A stretch of 64,000 nt of DNA from Candidatus Marinacidobacterales bacterium (GCA_965237955.1 OZ250169.1:7232001-7296000), one strand, 5' to 3'. Shown: positions 50,691 to 61,358, numbered from the stretch's first letter. Program-made: numbers and translations. Notes: a model not told the origin generated them from the letters alone.

Positions 50691-51405
50691 GATAAATGGC
50701 AGGACTTCTGCAACGAGTGCGCGACGCGGGAGATTCCGGAGCGGCCTAGTAGGGAAGTGGCCCCGCGCCTGCGCGTGATTCGTGGCGGCAAGTCCAGTTG
50801 GGGAGCGGCCCAGTTCCAAGAGAAGCGGCAACCGCTGGCTCACGCCGGTGTCATCACCGAGACCGAGGCCACCCGAGCACTAGCGCTAGCGTCAAACGGT
50901 TTGGGTGATCTCTTCGACCCCTTTGCCGGGTCGAAAGCGCTTGACCTTGCGCGTCATCTCCTCGTTGAAGAACAGAGCCGCACATCGTGCCTAGAAGGAC
51001 GAGCAGCGCGGCGCGCGTGTGCCTCAAGCTTGTGCTGTTTCGGTCTTGGACCCCAAGATCTTCGAGGCGATCACACCTACGAGCGTGCCGACGCCGACGG
51101 TCCAGATGCCGATCCAGACGACGAGTTGGGCGACGACCCCGCCGAGCAGGAACTTTCCCGCCGCAGACGTTGCGGGGAAGTCCGGTGGAAACGCGTCGTA
51201 ATGCGTGCCCCACTCCCCGAAGATGGCGAGACCCATAATAATGATGACGGGAATGCGCGCTGCCAGTCCGTAGTAGAAGAGCGTCTTCGCCAAATTCTTC
51301 CAGAAAGTTCCGGAGGCACCGATGAGCTTGGTCGCGAAATACACCGCGAAGATCGGAACCAACCACACAATGCCGATGACGGCGCCACCTCCGCCCGACT
51401 CCTTG

Positions 51406-52594
51406 CTAGTCCCATGGAACAGAAAAAGCTAGACAACACTGGCACTTCTGTGATCTGCTAAATGCATGAAACACAAGGGCCGGCGAAAAGCCGAATTGAA
51501 GCTGTCGTCTCAAGAAAGCGAAGCGCTGACGCGACTGGCGCGACGCAGCCGTAGTTCGCCGCACCAAGCCTTCCGAGCGAAGATCGTGCTGGATTGCGCG
51601 GCGGGTCTGACGAATATGGAAGTTGCTAGGAAGATGCACACCATGAGGAGCACGGTGGGCAAGTGGCGAAGACGCTTTGTAGAACAACGAATGGAAGGGT
51701 TGTACGACGAACCTCGGCCGGGAGCGGCTCGCAAAATCGGCGATGACCAGATCGAGGAAGTCGTGACCAAGACGCTGGCGACGACTCCAAAGGGGAGAAC
51801 CCATTGGAGTACGCGCTCGATGGCCAAGCATCTTGGGCTGAGTCATTCGACGATTGGACGTATTTGGCGAACGTTCGGGCTTCAACCGCACCGCTCGGAA
51901 TCGTTTCGTCTCTCGCAAGACCCACAACTGGTCGAAAAAGTACGCGACGTTGTTGGCCTGTATATGAACCCACCGGATAACGCGGTCGTCCTGTGCGTCG
52001 ACGAGAAATCGCAGATTCAAGCGCTCGAGCGTGCTCAACCTGTCCTGCCCATGAGCTTGGGCCAGCCCGAGCGACAAACCCACGACTACATTCGGCATGG
52101 AACGACTGACCTGTTTGCCGCACTCGACGCCGCAACAGGTGAAGTCTTCGGAAAGTGCTACGCGCGACATCGAGCGCTAGAGTTCAAGAAGTTCCTCGCT
52201 GAGATCGAAGCAGCCGTTCCCAGCGAGTTGGACATCCACGTCGTGCTCGACAATCTCGCCACGCACAAGACACCGGCGATCAAACGCTGGCTTTCCAAGC
52301 GACCTCGGTTCCACTTTCACTTCACACCGACACACGCCTCTTGGCTCAACTTCGCTGAGCGCTTCTTTGGCTTGCTCACCGAACACGCCTTGCGACGAGG
52401 CTCGCACACGAGCGTGCCTCAGCTCCGCGTTGCGATACAAGACTATCTCGATGCTCACAACGAGAACCCAAAGCCGTTCAAGTGGACGAAATCCGCCGAC
52501 CAAATCCTCGAAACCATCGCTCGGTTCGCCCAGCGAACGCTCGATACACATGGCAAATCGAATTTGGACAGTAATTAAAGATCCAGGGGACTAG
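51406..52594 (+). mobile_element. IS630-family element (coordinates include both CTAG)
   Basis: CTAGTCCCATGGA...TCCAGGGGACTAG, with the CTAG/TA target typical of IS630. Confidence 0.93.
51466..52578 (+). CDS. IS630-family transposase
   Basis: [47 protein letters not shown]. Confidence 0.95.
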   Translation: MKHKGRRKAELKLSSQESEALTRLARRSRSSPHQAFRAKIVLDCAAGLTNMEVARKMHTMRSTVGKWRRRFVEQRMEGLYDEPRPGAARKIGDDQIEEVVTKTLATTPKGRTHWSTRSMAKHLGLSHSTIGRIWRTFGLQPHRSESFRLSQDPQLVEKVRDVVGLYMNPPDNAVVLCVDEKSQIQALERAQPVLPMSLGQPERQTHDYIRHGTTDLFAALDAATGEVFGKCYARHRALEFKKFLAEIEAAVPSELDIHVVLDNLATHKTPAIKRWLSKRPRFHFHFTPTHASWLNFAERFFGLLTEHALRRGSHTSVPQLRVAIQDYLDAHNENPKPFKWTKSADQILETIARFAQRTLDTHGKSNLDSN

Positions 52595-52815
52595 CGAGCC
52601 ACGCTGGCAGGTTGCCGAATTCCGCCAATAGTCTGACGATGGTGACCACGGCGGTGATGATCGCCGGGACGGTGATGAGTTTCTTGATATCGATTCCGTT
52701 CGTGTCGGTCATTTGCCCCTCCTGCTCTCGCTTAAGTACACCAAGGGAGCCGTGAAAGCAACTTCGTTGGGTCTCCGTATTACTAACACCCATGTTTTCC
52801 TGGAAAAAAACTCGC

Positions 52816-52849
52816 CGCAGAGGCGCAGAGGACGCAGAGATTCGCAGAG
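52816..52849 (+). repeat. Four CGCAGAG units at 8-10 bp spacing
   Basis: Units at 52816, 52824, 52833 and 52843. Confidence 0.7.
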
Positions 52850-53061
52850 AGTATTTGTTGGAGGAAGCTACGCGCTTGAGTGGTGAGAGAACCTTTTCCG
52901 CTGCCGTGAACCGGGCCCTCGACCACTACGTTCGGCGGGCAAAAGCTGGCCGAATTCTGGAGTTGGCTGGAAGAGGACTGTGGGAGGGAAACCTCTCGGA
53001 AATGAGGGGCGATCGCAGCGCTCGCTCGAACAAACACAAGGCCGGTCGTGGTACTCGTTGA
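52850..53061 (+). pseudogene. vapB: VapB-type antitoxin lacking its usual N-terminus
   Basis: LLEEATRLSGERTFSAAVNRAL...ILELAG..LWEGNLSEMR overlaps the vapC start. The upstream part is repeat-derived. Confidence 0.65.
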
Positions 53062-53437
53062 CACCTCTGTCTGGATTGAGATCTTCAAGAAGCCGCCCGG
53101 GCTCGATTTGACGGCATTGGTGGACATCGACGAGGTGGCAGTCTGTCTACCCGTGATTCAGGAGGTCGTTCAGGGTTTCCGCGATGAGCGCGCGTTCGAC
53201 GTTGCGCGGGAAGCCATGCTCTCCTTTCCGGTAGTGGAGTCCCCTCTTGAAGAGTCGGTTTTCATGGAAGGCGCCTCGCTCTATCGGAGCGCCCGGCGCC
53301 GCGGATTTACTGTGCGCTCGAGCGTCGATTGCCTGATCGCGACGTGCGCGATCCGAAACGACTTAGAAGTGTTGCACCGTGACCGAGACTTCACCACTCT
53401 GGCTGAAGTGTCGCCGCTAAAGCTGCGTTCGCTGTGA
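53048..53437 (+). CDS. vapC: PIN-domain toxin
   Basis: VLVDTSVWI, VIQEV, RSSVDCLIA, HRDRDF. Confidence 0.9.
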   Translation: MVLVDTSVWIEIFKKPPGLDLTALVDIDEVAVCLPVIQEVVQGFRDERAFDVAREAMLSFPVVESPLEESVFMEGASLYRSARRRGFTVRSSVDCLIATCAIRNDLEVLHRDRDFTTLAEVSPLKLRSL

Positions 53438-53463
53438 GAGCGATCCGGTGTGCGGCTCTCTTG

Positions 53464-54156
53464 CTAGACGCCGGCTTCGCGTAACGCTTTCTTTGCAGTG
53501 CGGGTGATCAGGATGGTCACCGCGAGCGTGGCGAGAAGGCCTACGACCTGGAGCACGATCTTCAGGGTCTCCGCGCTCTCGGCGCCCGAGGCGGCTTCGA
53601 GGCCGCTTCGTCCCAAGGTTCCGAAATACACGTAGAGGAACGTTCCCGGGATCATGCCGATCCACGTCGCCAGCGTGTAGTGCCAGAAGGTGACGCTGGT
53701 CAGCCCGTACGCGTAGTTCTGGAAATTGAACGGAAAGATCGGCGATAGCCGGGTGAGGAAAACGATCTTCCAGCCCTGTTTCGCGACGGCCTTGTCGATC
53801 ACGTTGAACGACGGCTTTTCCTGAATCCAGCCTTCGACGCGCTTTCGTGCTACGAACCGCGACACGAGGAATCCGAGCGCGGCCCCGAGCGTGGCGCCAT
53901 GCAAGACGGTGACGAATCCAGGAAGCAACCCGAACACGGCTCCGCCCGCGAGCGTCAGGAGCGAGCCCGGAATCATCAGAACCGTGGCGACAGCGTAGAC
54001 GAGCGCGAACAGCACCATCCCCAAGACGCCGAGCTCGCTGACCCAGGCACTGAAGACCTTGAGCCAATCGGCGACGGGTAGCATGCGCGCGGCGACGATG
54101 AAGCCGACAAGAACCACCGCGATCAGACCGTATTTGACGTAGTTCTTGGCCGCCAT
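53464..54156 (-). CDS. TVP38/TMEM64 (SNARE-associated, VTT) membrane protein
   Basis: PGSLLTLAGGAVFG, RLSPIFPFNFQNYAYGLT, GMIPGT. Coupled to the upstream gene (TGATG). Confidence 0.9.
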   Translation of the reverse strand: MAAKNYVKYGLIAVVLVGFIVAARMLPVADWLKVFSAWVSELGVLGMVLFALVYAVATVLMIPGSLLTLAGGAVFGLLPGFVTVLHGATLGAALGFLVSRFVARKRVEGWIQEKPSFNVIDKAVAKQGWKIVFLTRLSPIFPFNFQNYAYGLTSVTFWHYTLATWIGMIPGTFLYVYFGTLGRSGLEAASGAESAETLKIVLQVVGLLATLAVTILITRTAKKALREAGV

Positions 54157-55613
54157 CAGGAACGCCCCCGTTTGTAGAGCCATTTGAAGATGTTAGCGAC
54201 CGTCGCCGTCAGCTTCGTTTTCTGGAACGAGTCGGCGACGCGCTGCACCGAAGACGACAGATTCGGATACGCGTGGATGGTTCCGGAGAGTTTGGAGAGA
54301 CCAATGCCGTGTTTGGCGGCGACGAGCACTTCGTGGATGACTTCGCCGGCGTGGACGCCGGTCACCGTCGCACCGAGAATCTTGTCTTTGCCGGCCTCGG
54401 TGAGAACTTTGATGAAGCCTGTAGTCTCGCTGTCGGTGATCGCGCGATCGAGATCGTTCCAGTCGAAGCGGAAGACGTCGTAGGCGACGTTTTGCTTCTT
54501 GGCCTCGTCCTCGGTCAGACCGCAGTGGGCGACTTCCGGATCGGTGTAGGTGACCCAGGGCATCCAAGTATAGTCCGCCTTGGTCTTGAACCACGGAATG
54601 AGAATGTTCCGAACGACGATCCGTGCCTGGTAGTCGGCGGAGTGCGTGAACTGATACGGGCCGGCGACATCGCCGCAGGCGAAAATGTGTGGCTGCGACG
54701 TCGTCAAGGTCTCATCGACTTTGACGCCCCCGCGGTCGAACTCGACGCCGGCTTCCTCGAGACCGAGGTTGTCGACGTTCGCTTTGCGGCCAGTTGCGAC
54801 CAACAGCGCCTCCGATTCCAGCTTCCTCTGCTCTCCGTCTTCATTCTCGACGGTCGCGACAACGAGCTCGTCCTTCTGTTCGAAGCTCGTCGCTTTTGTG
54901 CCGGTGAAGACCTCGATGCCTTCTTCCGCGAAGCGCTTGGTGATGAGCGCGCTCGCGTCGGCGTCGTCGCGCGGTAAAAGCCTCGGCAGAAGCTCGACGA
55001 GCTTCACCTGAACGCCGAGCCGCCTCATAACTTGAGCGAACTCGCAGCCGATGGGCCCGCCCCCGAGGATGATGATCGACTTCGGCGCCTTCGGCATGTC
55101 GTCGAAGATGGTCTCGTTCGTGAAGTAAGGAACCTTGTCGAGACAGGGGATGGGCAGAACGAGTGCTTTCGTCCCGGTCGCGATCACGAAATTCCGGGCT
55201 TTCAGCCGGGTACCGTCATCGATTTCGACTTCGTGCGGGGAGACGAACTTCGCGCGCCCTTGGAACACGTCGACGCCGAGGCCTTCGAAGCGTTCGACGG
55301 AGTCGTTGGGCTCGATCTTGGCCCGCCGCTCGCGCATGCGCGCGAACACGTCTTCAAATCGAAACGACGGTTCCATGTCGGAAAGACCCATCTTCTTCGC
55401 GTGGCGGATACGCTCGATGAGCTTCGCCGACGAGATGAGTGCTTTCGAAGGAACGCATCCGTAGTTCAAACAGTCGCCGCCCATTTTTCCGGCTTCGATC
55501 AAAGCCGCCCGCCCGCCCAGCCCGACCGTGCCGGCGGACGTGACCAGGCCCGCGGTGCCGGCGCCGATGACGACGACGTTGTAACGCCCGTTTCCCTTGA
55601 CTTCTTCGCTCAT
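54156..55613 (-). CDS. Pyridine nucleotide-disulfide oxidoreductase (MerA/Lpd-like, no C-terminal Cys pair)
   Basis: GAGTAG, GGDCLNYGCVPSK, GGGPIGCE, GDVAGPYQFTH, IHAYP. Confidence 0.88.
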   Translation of the reverse strand: MSEEVKGNGRYNVVVIGAGTAGLVTSAGTVGLGGRAALIEAGKMGGDCLNYGCVPSKALISSAKLIERIRHAKKMGLSDMEPSFRFEDVFARMRERRAKIEPNDSVERFEGLGVDVFQGRAKFVSPHEVEIDDGTRLKARNFVIATGTKALVLPIPCLDKVPYFTNETIFDDMPKAPKSIIILGGGPIGCEFAQVMRRLGVQVKLVELLPRLLPRDDADASALITKRFAEEGIEVFTGTKATSFEQKDELVVATVENEDGEQRKLESEALLVATGRKANVDNLGLEEAGVEFDRGGVKVDETLTTSQPHIFACGDVAGPYQFTHSADYQARIVVRNILIPWFKTKADYTWMPWVTYTDPEVAHCGLTEDEAKKQNVAYDVFRFDWNDLDRAITDSETTGFIKVLTEAGKDKILGATVTGVHAGEVIHEVLVAAKHGIGLSKLSGTIHAYPNLSSSVQRVADSFQKTKLTATVANIFKWLYKRGRS

Positions 55614-55725
55614 GAGCTACCTGAGTCTCCAATATCGACAGGTGCGCACCTGTGAGGTGGCTCATACTTGTACAGTGTTGGAGTTCATTGTTGCAACCAG
55701 GACGTCCGATCGGAAAACATAGGGT

Positions 55726-56391
55726 GTGATTCTTGGAATCGACGAGGCGGGTCGTGGGCCGGTCCTGGGTCCCATGGTCGTCGCCGGTGTCGTGCTCAAA
55801 CCTCAAGCGGCTTCGGCGCTCACCCGGCGCGGTGTCACCGACTCCAAGGATTTCGGGGCCGGAGCACAAGCCCGCGAGCGGCGCTCTGAGCTCGCGGAGC
55901 ACGTGTTCCGACTTGCCGAAGATGTGCAGGTCGAAGTCTACGACCACGAGGAAGTGGATCGTTATTGCGACCAGGGTCTGCTGAACGAGCTCGAGCGCAA
56001 GGCGGCGTCGAACATCATCGAGCGTACCGTGCCGGTCAAAAGGATCGTTGCCGACGGCGAGAAGGTTTTCGGGTTATTGCGCCGGCGCTACGCCCACCTG
56101 AGGGCATTCGACTTTGGCGAGCAGCATCATGTCGCGGTCGCCGCGGCCTCGATCGTTGCCAAAGTTAGGCGCGACGCGCTCTTCGGTGACATCGCCGCGC
56201 GCTACGACGCCGAGTTCGGCCCGATCCGCGGCGGCGGCTACGTGAACGCCGCCACCGCCGACTTCCTGAGACGTTATCACGAGCGCTATCAGCGATTACC
56301 GGACGAGACCCGGCGAAGCTGGAGCTGGAAAGTGCTAGCCGAGCTAGAACCGCGCCCGCTCCCCCTGTTCAACGACTCCGAAACCGGATAG
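55726..56391 (+). CDS. rnhB: Ribonuclease HII
   Basis: ILGIDEAGRGPVLGPMV, DSK, VAAASIVAKVRRD, GY. Confidence 0.92.
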   Translation: MILGIDEAGRGPVLGPMVVAGVVLKPQAASALTRRGVTDSKDFGAGAQARERRSELAEHVFRLAEDVQVEVYDHEEVDRYCDQGLLNELERKAASNIIERTVPVKRIVADGEKVFGLLRRRYAHLRAFDFGEQHHVAVAAASIVAKVRRDALFGDIAARYDAEFGPIRGGGYVNAATADFLRRYHERYQRLPDETRRSWSWKVLAELEPRPLPLFNDSETG

Positions 56392-56533
56392 AGGACAGCC
56401 GGATCCTCACGCGTCCACTGTTTGGACGTTCGCGGTTCACGACCTATACTGGTCGTCGGGAGCCGGAAAATTTTTCAACTGACTTGGTCGATGCTCGGTT
56501 CTACCGGGCGACCTGTCGGCCAGAGATTAGCTT

Positions 56534-58366
56534 TTGAAACAGTCAATAATCAGGCGACGTGTCCTCGATACGTTGGTGGGCGGAATAGCGCTCACATTGA
56601 TCGGAACGAGTCATGCTGCTGAATCGCCCCGCTTCGATCGCAAAGCTCTCGAAGAGCACATCCACTATCTAGCTTCCGAAGAGCTCGGAGGCCGCGGTAA
56701 CGGCACCGACGGGTTACGGCTCGCCGCTCTTTACGTTGCTTCCGAGTTCGAAAAGCTCGAGCTGAGCCCGGCGGGCGAGAGCGGTACATACTTCCAGACG
56801 TTCCGCCTCATAGTCGGCAAAGAGATTGGCCGATGGACGCAGGTCTCCCTGCGCTACTCCGAAAGCGCGCAGCTCCTCGAATACGCTTCTGATTTTCAGC
56901 CGATGACGTTCAGCTCCGCAGGCGAGCTGTCCGCGCCGGTGGTTTTCGCAGGTTACGGAGTGACGGCGCCCGAGCACGACTACGACGACTACAGCGACGT
57001 CGATGTCGAAGGGAAGATCGTCATGTTGCTCCGCTACGTACCGGGGCAGTCACTCGAGCAAGGTCCGTTCGAGAAGAACGGGTGGCACGCGACGTTCGTG
57101 CGGAAGGCGGAGAACGCGGTAAGCCATGGCGCCGCGGGAGTCATCATCGTCAACGGGCCGCTTCACAATCGCGAAGACCGGCTCATCCCTTTTGGTGTCG
57201 ATGTCGGCGCCGAGAGCATGCCCGTTCCCGCGATGCACTTGAGGCGTGAGTTCGCGGAGCAGCTTCTGCGAGCGGCCGGGGCCAGCCTCGGTGACATCCA
57301 GCGGAGCATCGACGAAAGGCTCGTGCCTCGCTCGTTCGAGTTGGAAGGCGTCTCCGTCGATATCACTATCGACGTTCGCCGGACCATCGTCGAAGTCTCG
57401 AACGTTCTCGCGTACTTGCCTCCGACGACGGGTGACTCGCCCGAGCACATCGTCATCGGTGCGCACTACGATCACTTAGGACTCGGTGGTTCGGGAAGCC
57501 GCGAACGACAAGCGCACGGTAAGATCCACAACGGTGCCGATGACAATGCGTCAGGCGTTGCCGGCGTTCTCGAGCTCGCACGCGTCTTCCGTGAGCTCGA
57601 AGACCGGCCGCGAGGGATCTTGTTCGCTGCGTTCGCGGGAGAAGAGTTGGGCTTGCGCGGCTCGTACCACTACACCGATAACGCGACGTTCCGCCTCGAA
57701 GACGCGGTGGCGATGATCAATCTGGATATGATCGGTCGATTGCGGCACAAACGCCTTTTCATCGGCGGCGTCGAGATTGTGCCCAGTCTACAACCGACCC
57801 TCGATCGCCTCACCGGCGACGAAGAGCTGACGTATTCGACGCGGTTTTCGGCCGAATCTGCCAGCGATCACGCGTCGTTCATCCGCGCTGGTGTCCCTGC
57901 GCTCTTTTTCTTCACCGGCCTCCACGGTGATTATCACAAGCCCACCGATGATCTGCAGTTCGTCAACTTCGAAGGTATGGAGCAGGTGCTTGAAGTCGGC
58001 TACAACTTGTCGGACCACTTGCTGCGTGCGTCGAAGCGTCCGGTGTTGACCCCGAGGAGAGCGAGCGGCGACCGCGATCTCGTATCCCGTCGCGCGGCGG
58101 AGAGGGCTTACTTCGGAGTTGGTGTCGACAATAGCTTCAAAGGCGAGGGCGCGCGTTTTTCCTACGTGGCGGACGGTGGACCCGCGGCCGAAGCGGGACT
58201 GCAAGCGGGCGATGTGTTGCTCGAGCTAGACGGTCGCGCGGTGCTCTCGGGCGAGCGTGCGGGAGCGATGATCCAACAGCGACGCCCCGGTGAGACCGTC
58301 AGCGCCAAAGTACGCCGCGACAACCGCATCCTCGAAGTGAAGATTCAATTGTCACGCTGGCCGTAA
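56534..58366 (+). CDS. Exported M28 peptidase with PA and PDZ domains
   Basis: LASEELGGRG, IGAHYDHLG, NGADDNASG, FAGEELGLRGS, NLDMIGR, SDH, DYHKPTD. C-terminal PDZ. Confidence 0.92.
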   Translation: MKQSIIRRRVLDTLVGGIALTLIGTSHAAESPRFDRKALEEHIHYLASEELGGRGNGTDGLRLAALYVASEFEKLELSPAGESGTYFQTFRLIVGKEIGRWTQVSLRYSESAQLLEYASDFQPMTFSSAGELSAPVVFAGYGVTAPEHDYDDYSDVDVEGKIVMLLRYVPGQSLEQGPFEKNGWHATFVRKAENAVSHGAAGVIIVNGPLHNREDRLIPFGVDVGAESMPVPAMHLRREFAEQLLRAAGASLGDIQRSIDERLVPRSFELEGVSVDITIDVRRTIVEVSNVLAYLPPTTGDSPEHIVIGAHYDHLGLGGSGSRERQAHGKIHNGADDNASGVAGVLELARVFRELEDRPRGILFAAFAGEELGLRGSYHYTDNATFRLEDAVAMINLDMIGRLRHKRLFIGGVEIVPSLQPTLDRLTGDEELTYSTRFSAESASDHASFIRAGVPALFFFTGLHGDYHKPTDDLQFVNFEGMEQVLEVGYNLSDHLLRASKRPVLTPRRASGDRDLVSRRAAERAYFGVGVDNSFKGEGARFSYVADGGPAAEAGLQAGDVLLELDGRAVLSGERAGAMIQQRRPGETVSAKVRRDNRILEVKIQLSRWP

Positions 58367-58400
58367 TTCACCTCGGTTCAGCCATCGGCACCGCCCGTCG

Positions 58401-59078
58401 CTAGGCTGGTGGCGGCTGATGGCCGATGGCCGATGGCCCATGGCTCTTCCTAAACAATCCATTCTGCTCCAGGTAGCGCCGCAGGTGTTTTACGTGGTTC
58501 CACATGGCGGGCTTTAGTTTCGCGTTGTAGAGTAGAGCAGCGGGGTGGTAGAACACCATGAACTGGATGCCTGGGTAGTCGCTCAGCGCGAAAAACTTTC
58601 CTGCTTCTTCGGACATTTGGAAGGTCGTTCTCGACTTGTCCATGTGCTTCAAAGCGGTCGCGCCGAGCAACACGATCACTTTGGGCTTCACGATCTCGAT
58701 CTGCCGCTTCAGAAAGGGAATGCACTCGGCGGCCTCTTCGGTGCGAGGGTTACGGTTCTCCGGAGGACGGCACTTCACGACGTTGGCGATGAGCATGTCG
58801 CGATTCGTGTCGAAACCGACGGAGCTCATGATTTTGTCGAAGAGTTGACCGGCACGCCCGACGAAAGCGAGGCCTTGCTTGTCTTCGTTCTCACCCGGAC
58901 CCTCACCGATCACCATGATGTAGGCGGAAGGATTTCCGCGATCGACCACGATGTTCGTGCGCCCCGTGTGCAACGCACACTTGGCGCAGCCGCTGCCACG
59001 GAGCTTTTCTTTGAACTCCGCGTAGCTCGGCGAGCCGAGGATCGTATTGCTAACCGCGTCGAAGAGATCGAATTGCAT
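58401..59078 (-). CDS. Family-4 uracil-DNA glycosylase (Fe-S)
   Basis: CAKCAL, GEGPGENED, FVGRAG, NVVKCRPPENR, YHPAALL. Confidence 0.92.
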   Translation of the reverse strand: MQFDLFDAVSNTILGSPSYAEFKEKLRGSGCAKCALHTGRTNIVVDRGNPSAYIMVIGEGPGENEDKQGLAFVGRAGQLFDKIMSSVGFDTNRDMLIANVVKCRPPENRNPRTEEAAECIPFLKRQIEIVKPKVIVLLGATALKHMDKSRTTFQMSEEAGKFFALSDYPGIQFMVFYHPAALLYNAKLKPAMWNHVKHLRRYLEQNGLFRKSHGPSAIGHQPPPA

Positions 59079-59397
59079 GGTTTTGCAGTATATCAAGATC
59101 GGCATTCGGCATCTGGGTCAAACCGCACTCTGCCGGTAAGGACGGCTGCGCATGGGATCATCACACTGCGATCATCACACTGCCAGCTCGGCGCGTTGCT
59201 GCTACGAGAGGAGCGGCGAGCCGATGTGGCCATGGTCCCGTCGTCTACCACCCCTCACCTGGGCCCGTCCGTTCGCTCGTCAGCTCGGTCTTGCGCCCGG
59301 GCCCTTTTGAGCGATTGTGGTTGTTGGTTCTAATGAATCATCTACCGAGCCGACTTCCGCAGAGCCACCTGCTGAGACAACAATTTCTTCTATGAAA

Positions 59398-60792
59398 TCA
59401 ATTTATGTCCATCTTTTCTGTAGCTTCAGCGAATTCGGCCCAAAAGCCTGTATCTACTCTCTGACACATAAGCTGTCGGGCGGTTCTCATCGCTTCCCAT
59501 GATGCATCAGCAGCAATCCCGAGTGCTTCACGCATGGAATCAAGTGTCTCACCATGAGAATATTTTGTTCCTTCATCATAATCAGACGAGTAGCTTGCTC
59601 CACGTTTTACTGCTTCATTATTAATGGCTGCTATCGCCATAAGATCTAACGCTCCCCAGTTTGTGGGTTGTGTAGTCTTGCTATTAGGAGATCGCATTTG
59701 ACTATATTCGCAATAGTTGTGATGTAGTCCAAGAGCATGTCCCAATTCATGGAAGACTGCATTTCGTCTGGTCATCCTTCTTGCTTTGCGATCCGAGGAG
59801 CTGTTATGTGAAATGAAGCCACGATGAGTTTCATACGCTTCAGGTAAATCATCGGGTCGGTATGGAAAAGAATAAGATCCGACGTATTTACAGCCTTCGC
59901 CATGAAGCCTTTCTCCCAATTCCTCAACTGAACAGTTGCCAACAAAATGAATGGGCAAGGTGACTTCATCGATCGAAGTTGCAAAGCCAATATCGAGGGA
60001 CGGAGCTATAACTTTTAGAATTTCTAGTGCATCACGATAGTCACGAATATTCTCTTCACTTACATCACCAAAGAAAGCCATTCTGATGGGTGCAATTCGT
60101 TTATGTACGTACAAGTCTACATAGACACCGTCTCCATGCGTATAGTTTCCATCTGAGTCATAATCTTCCCACCAGCTAGCCGCTAGGGAGACCGCCTGAG
60201 CAGTTGGCTCGGGTAGCTCCATTGATGCAAAGCGTGACCATTTCGAGAAATCGGGCTGTAGGTCATCCGGAACCAAAAGAGTCGGGTCCTGATAGGCATC
60301 AAGAGGTCTATTGTAGTTTTCGGCTAACCTAATCAGGCAATTTGGGCCTGATACGAATTCAATATTCAAAGAAATGTCCAGGCTTACCGGCACTGGAGAT
60401 CTTCCATTATGGATGGCAATAACTTGATCCATCCGAGACACACTCAACGTTTCACGGTGATATTCGTGGGTAGAGAACCCGAATGTTTCAGCTAATGCTC
60501 TGTTTCTATCACCAGATGGCTCAAATGCGAGAGACGCTTCTGAGATACTCAAGGATTCAGGTGTAACGGGGATGAAGGGATCCAACGATTCTGAAAATGA
60601 CAGCGAGGTCTGCAAGTCCTCGATTTGATACTTGACAGCGAACGGATAAGAGACGGAGTTATCACACGTATCAGAAGACACGGATCGAGTCGACGTAGTG
60701 TCTCGAGCAATCGAGGTTGCTGTTTCTTGGTCTGAACTGGAGCAGGAAGTCAGAAAGCCAAAAACTATAAATATTGGCAGCGGTCTTCTCAT
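59398..60792 (-). CDS. Lipoprotein with a metzincin zinc-metalloprotease motif; AT-rich
   Basis: Lipobox LTSC. HELGHALGLHH followed by Met-turn-like SQMR. GGGAGG SD. Confidence 0.8.
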   Translation of the reverse strand: MRRPLPIFIVFGFLTSCSSSDQETATSIARDTTSTRSVSSDTCDNSVSYPFAVKYQIEDLQTSLSFSESLDPFIPVTPESLSISEASLAFEPSGDRNRALAETFGFSTHEYHRETLSVSRMDQVIAIHNGRSPVPVSLDISLNIEFVSGPNCLIRLAENYNRPLDAYQDPTLLVPDDLQPDFSKWSRFASMELPEPTAQAVSLAASWWEDYDSDGNYTHGDGVYVDLYVHKRIAPIRMAFFGDVSEENIRDYRDALEILKVIAPSLDIGFATSIDEVTLPIHFVGNCSVEELGERLHGEGCKYVGSYSFPYRPDDLPEAYETHRGFISHNSSSDRKARRMTRRNAVFHELGHALGLHHNYCEYSQMRSPNSKTTQPTNWGALDLMAIAAINNEAVKRGASYSSDYDEGTKYSHGETLDSMREALGIAADASWEAMRTARQLMCQRVDTGFWAEFAEATEKMDIN

Positions 60793-61358
60793 AAAAATAC
60801 CTCCCTGAATGTATCTGCCGTTAGAATGAAGACCATTGACCTGATCGTTCTTTCCCGGCGTCGCGGCCCTTGCACCTCGCAGCGCGCGCTCGCGGCGGTC
60901 AATTCTCAGACGACTTCGTCGTTCCGCAGCTCCGCCATCACGGCAGCCTCACATCGGTCGCACATGCCGTGTGTGAGTTGTGGAAGCTCGTCATAGTACG
61001 TCGAGCTGCATTCCCAAGCACGCTTCGCGCTCCACGAACGCCTTCGCTCTGTCGTCACAAAAAGCGAAAGCAATAGCGGGCGCTGCTACAGAACAGAAGC
61101 ACCAGGTTACGACTCGCCACACTTCAATCCCTCGACCCGTTCAACAGCGCGGTCAGTGTCGGGCGCCGGTCACGCGATAGACCGAGCCAGCAACTCTTTG
61201 TTGAAAGGCTCTCATCCTCTATTTTTGCACATTGCGGTCGTGCACGACGGACGGGGTTTTGCCGGACGAAGAAGGTCACGTCTCCTCGGGAGGTACTTTC
61301 GAGTGAACGAACGGAGTTCGTTCACTCCCCGATGACCTCCGCCCACACGGGCGGTGCC

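Larger units (their letters stand above)
51024..52712 (-). pseudogene. Membrane protein split by IS630
   Basis: MTDTNGIDIKKLITVPAII...PAWLAS and KESGGGGAVIGIVWLVPIF... rejoin in frame when the IS and one CTAG are removed. Confidence 0.85.

Noticed and set aside
54156-55613. Mercuric reductase merA
   Set aside because: No C-terminal Cys pair, no NmerA domain, no mer genes nearby.
60810-60840. GTTAGAA as an integron attC core site
   Set aside because: No complementary inverse core or attC stem, wrong orientation for the adjacent gene, and no integrase.
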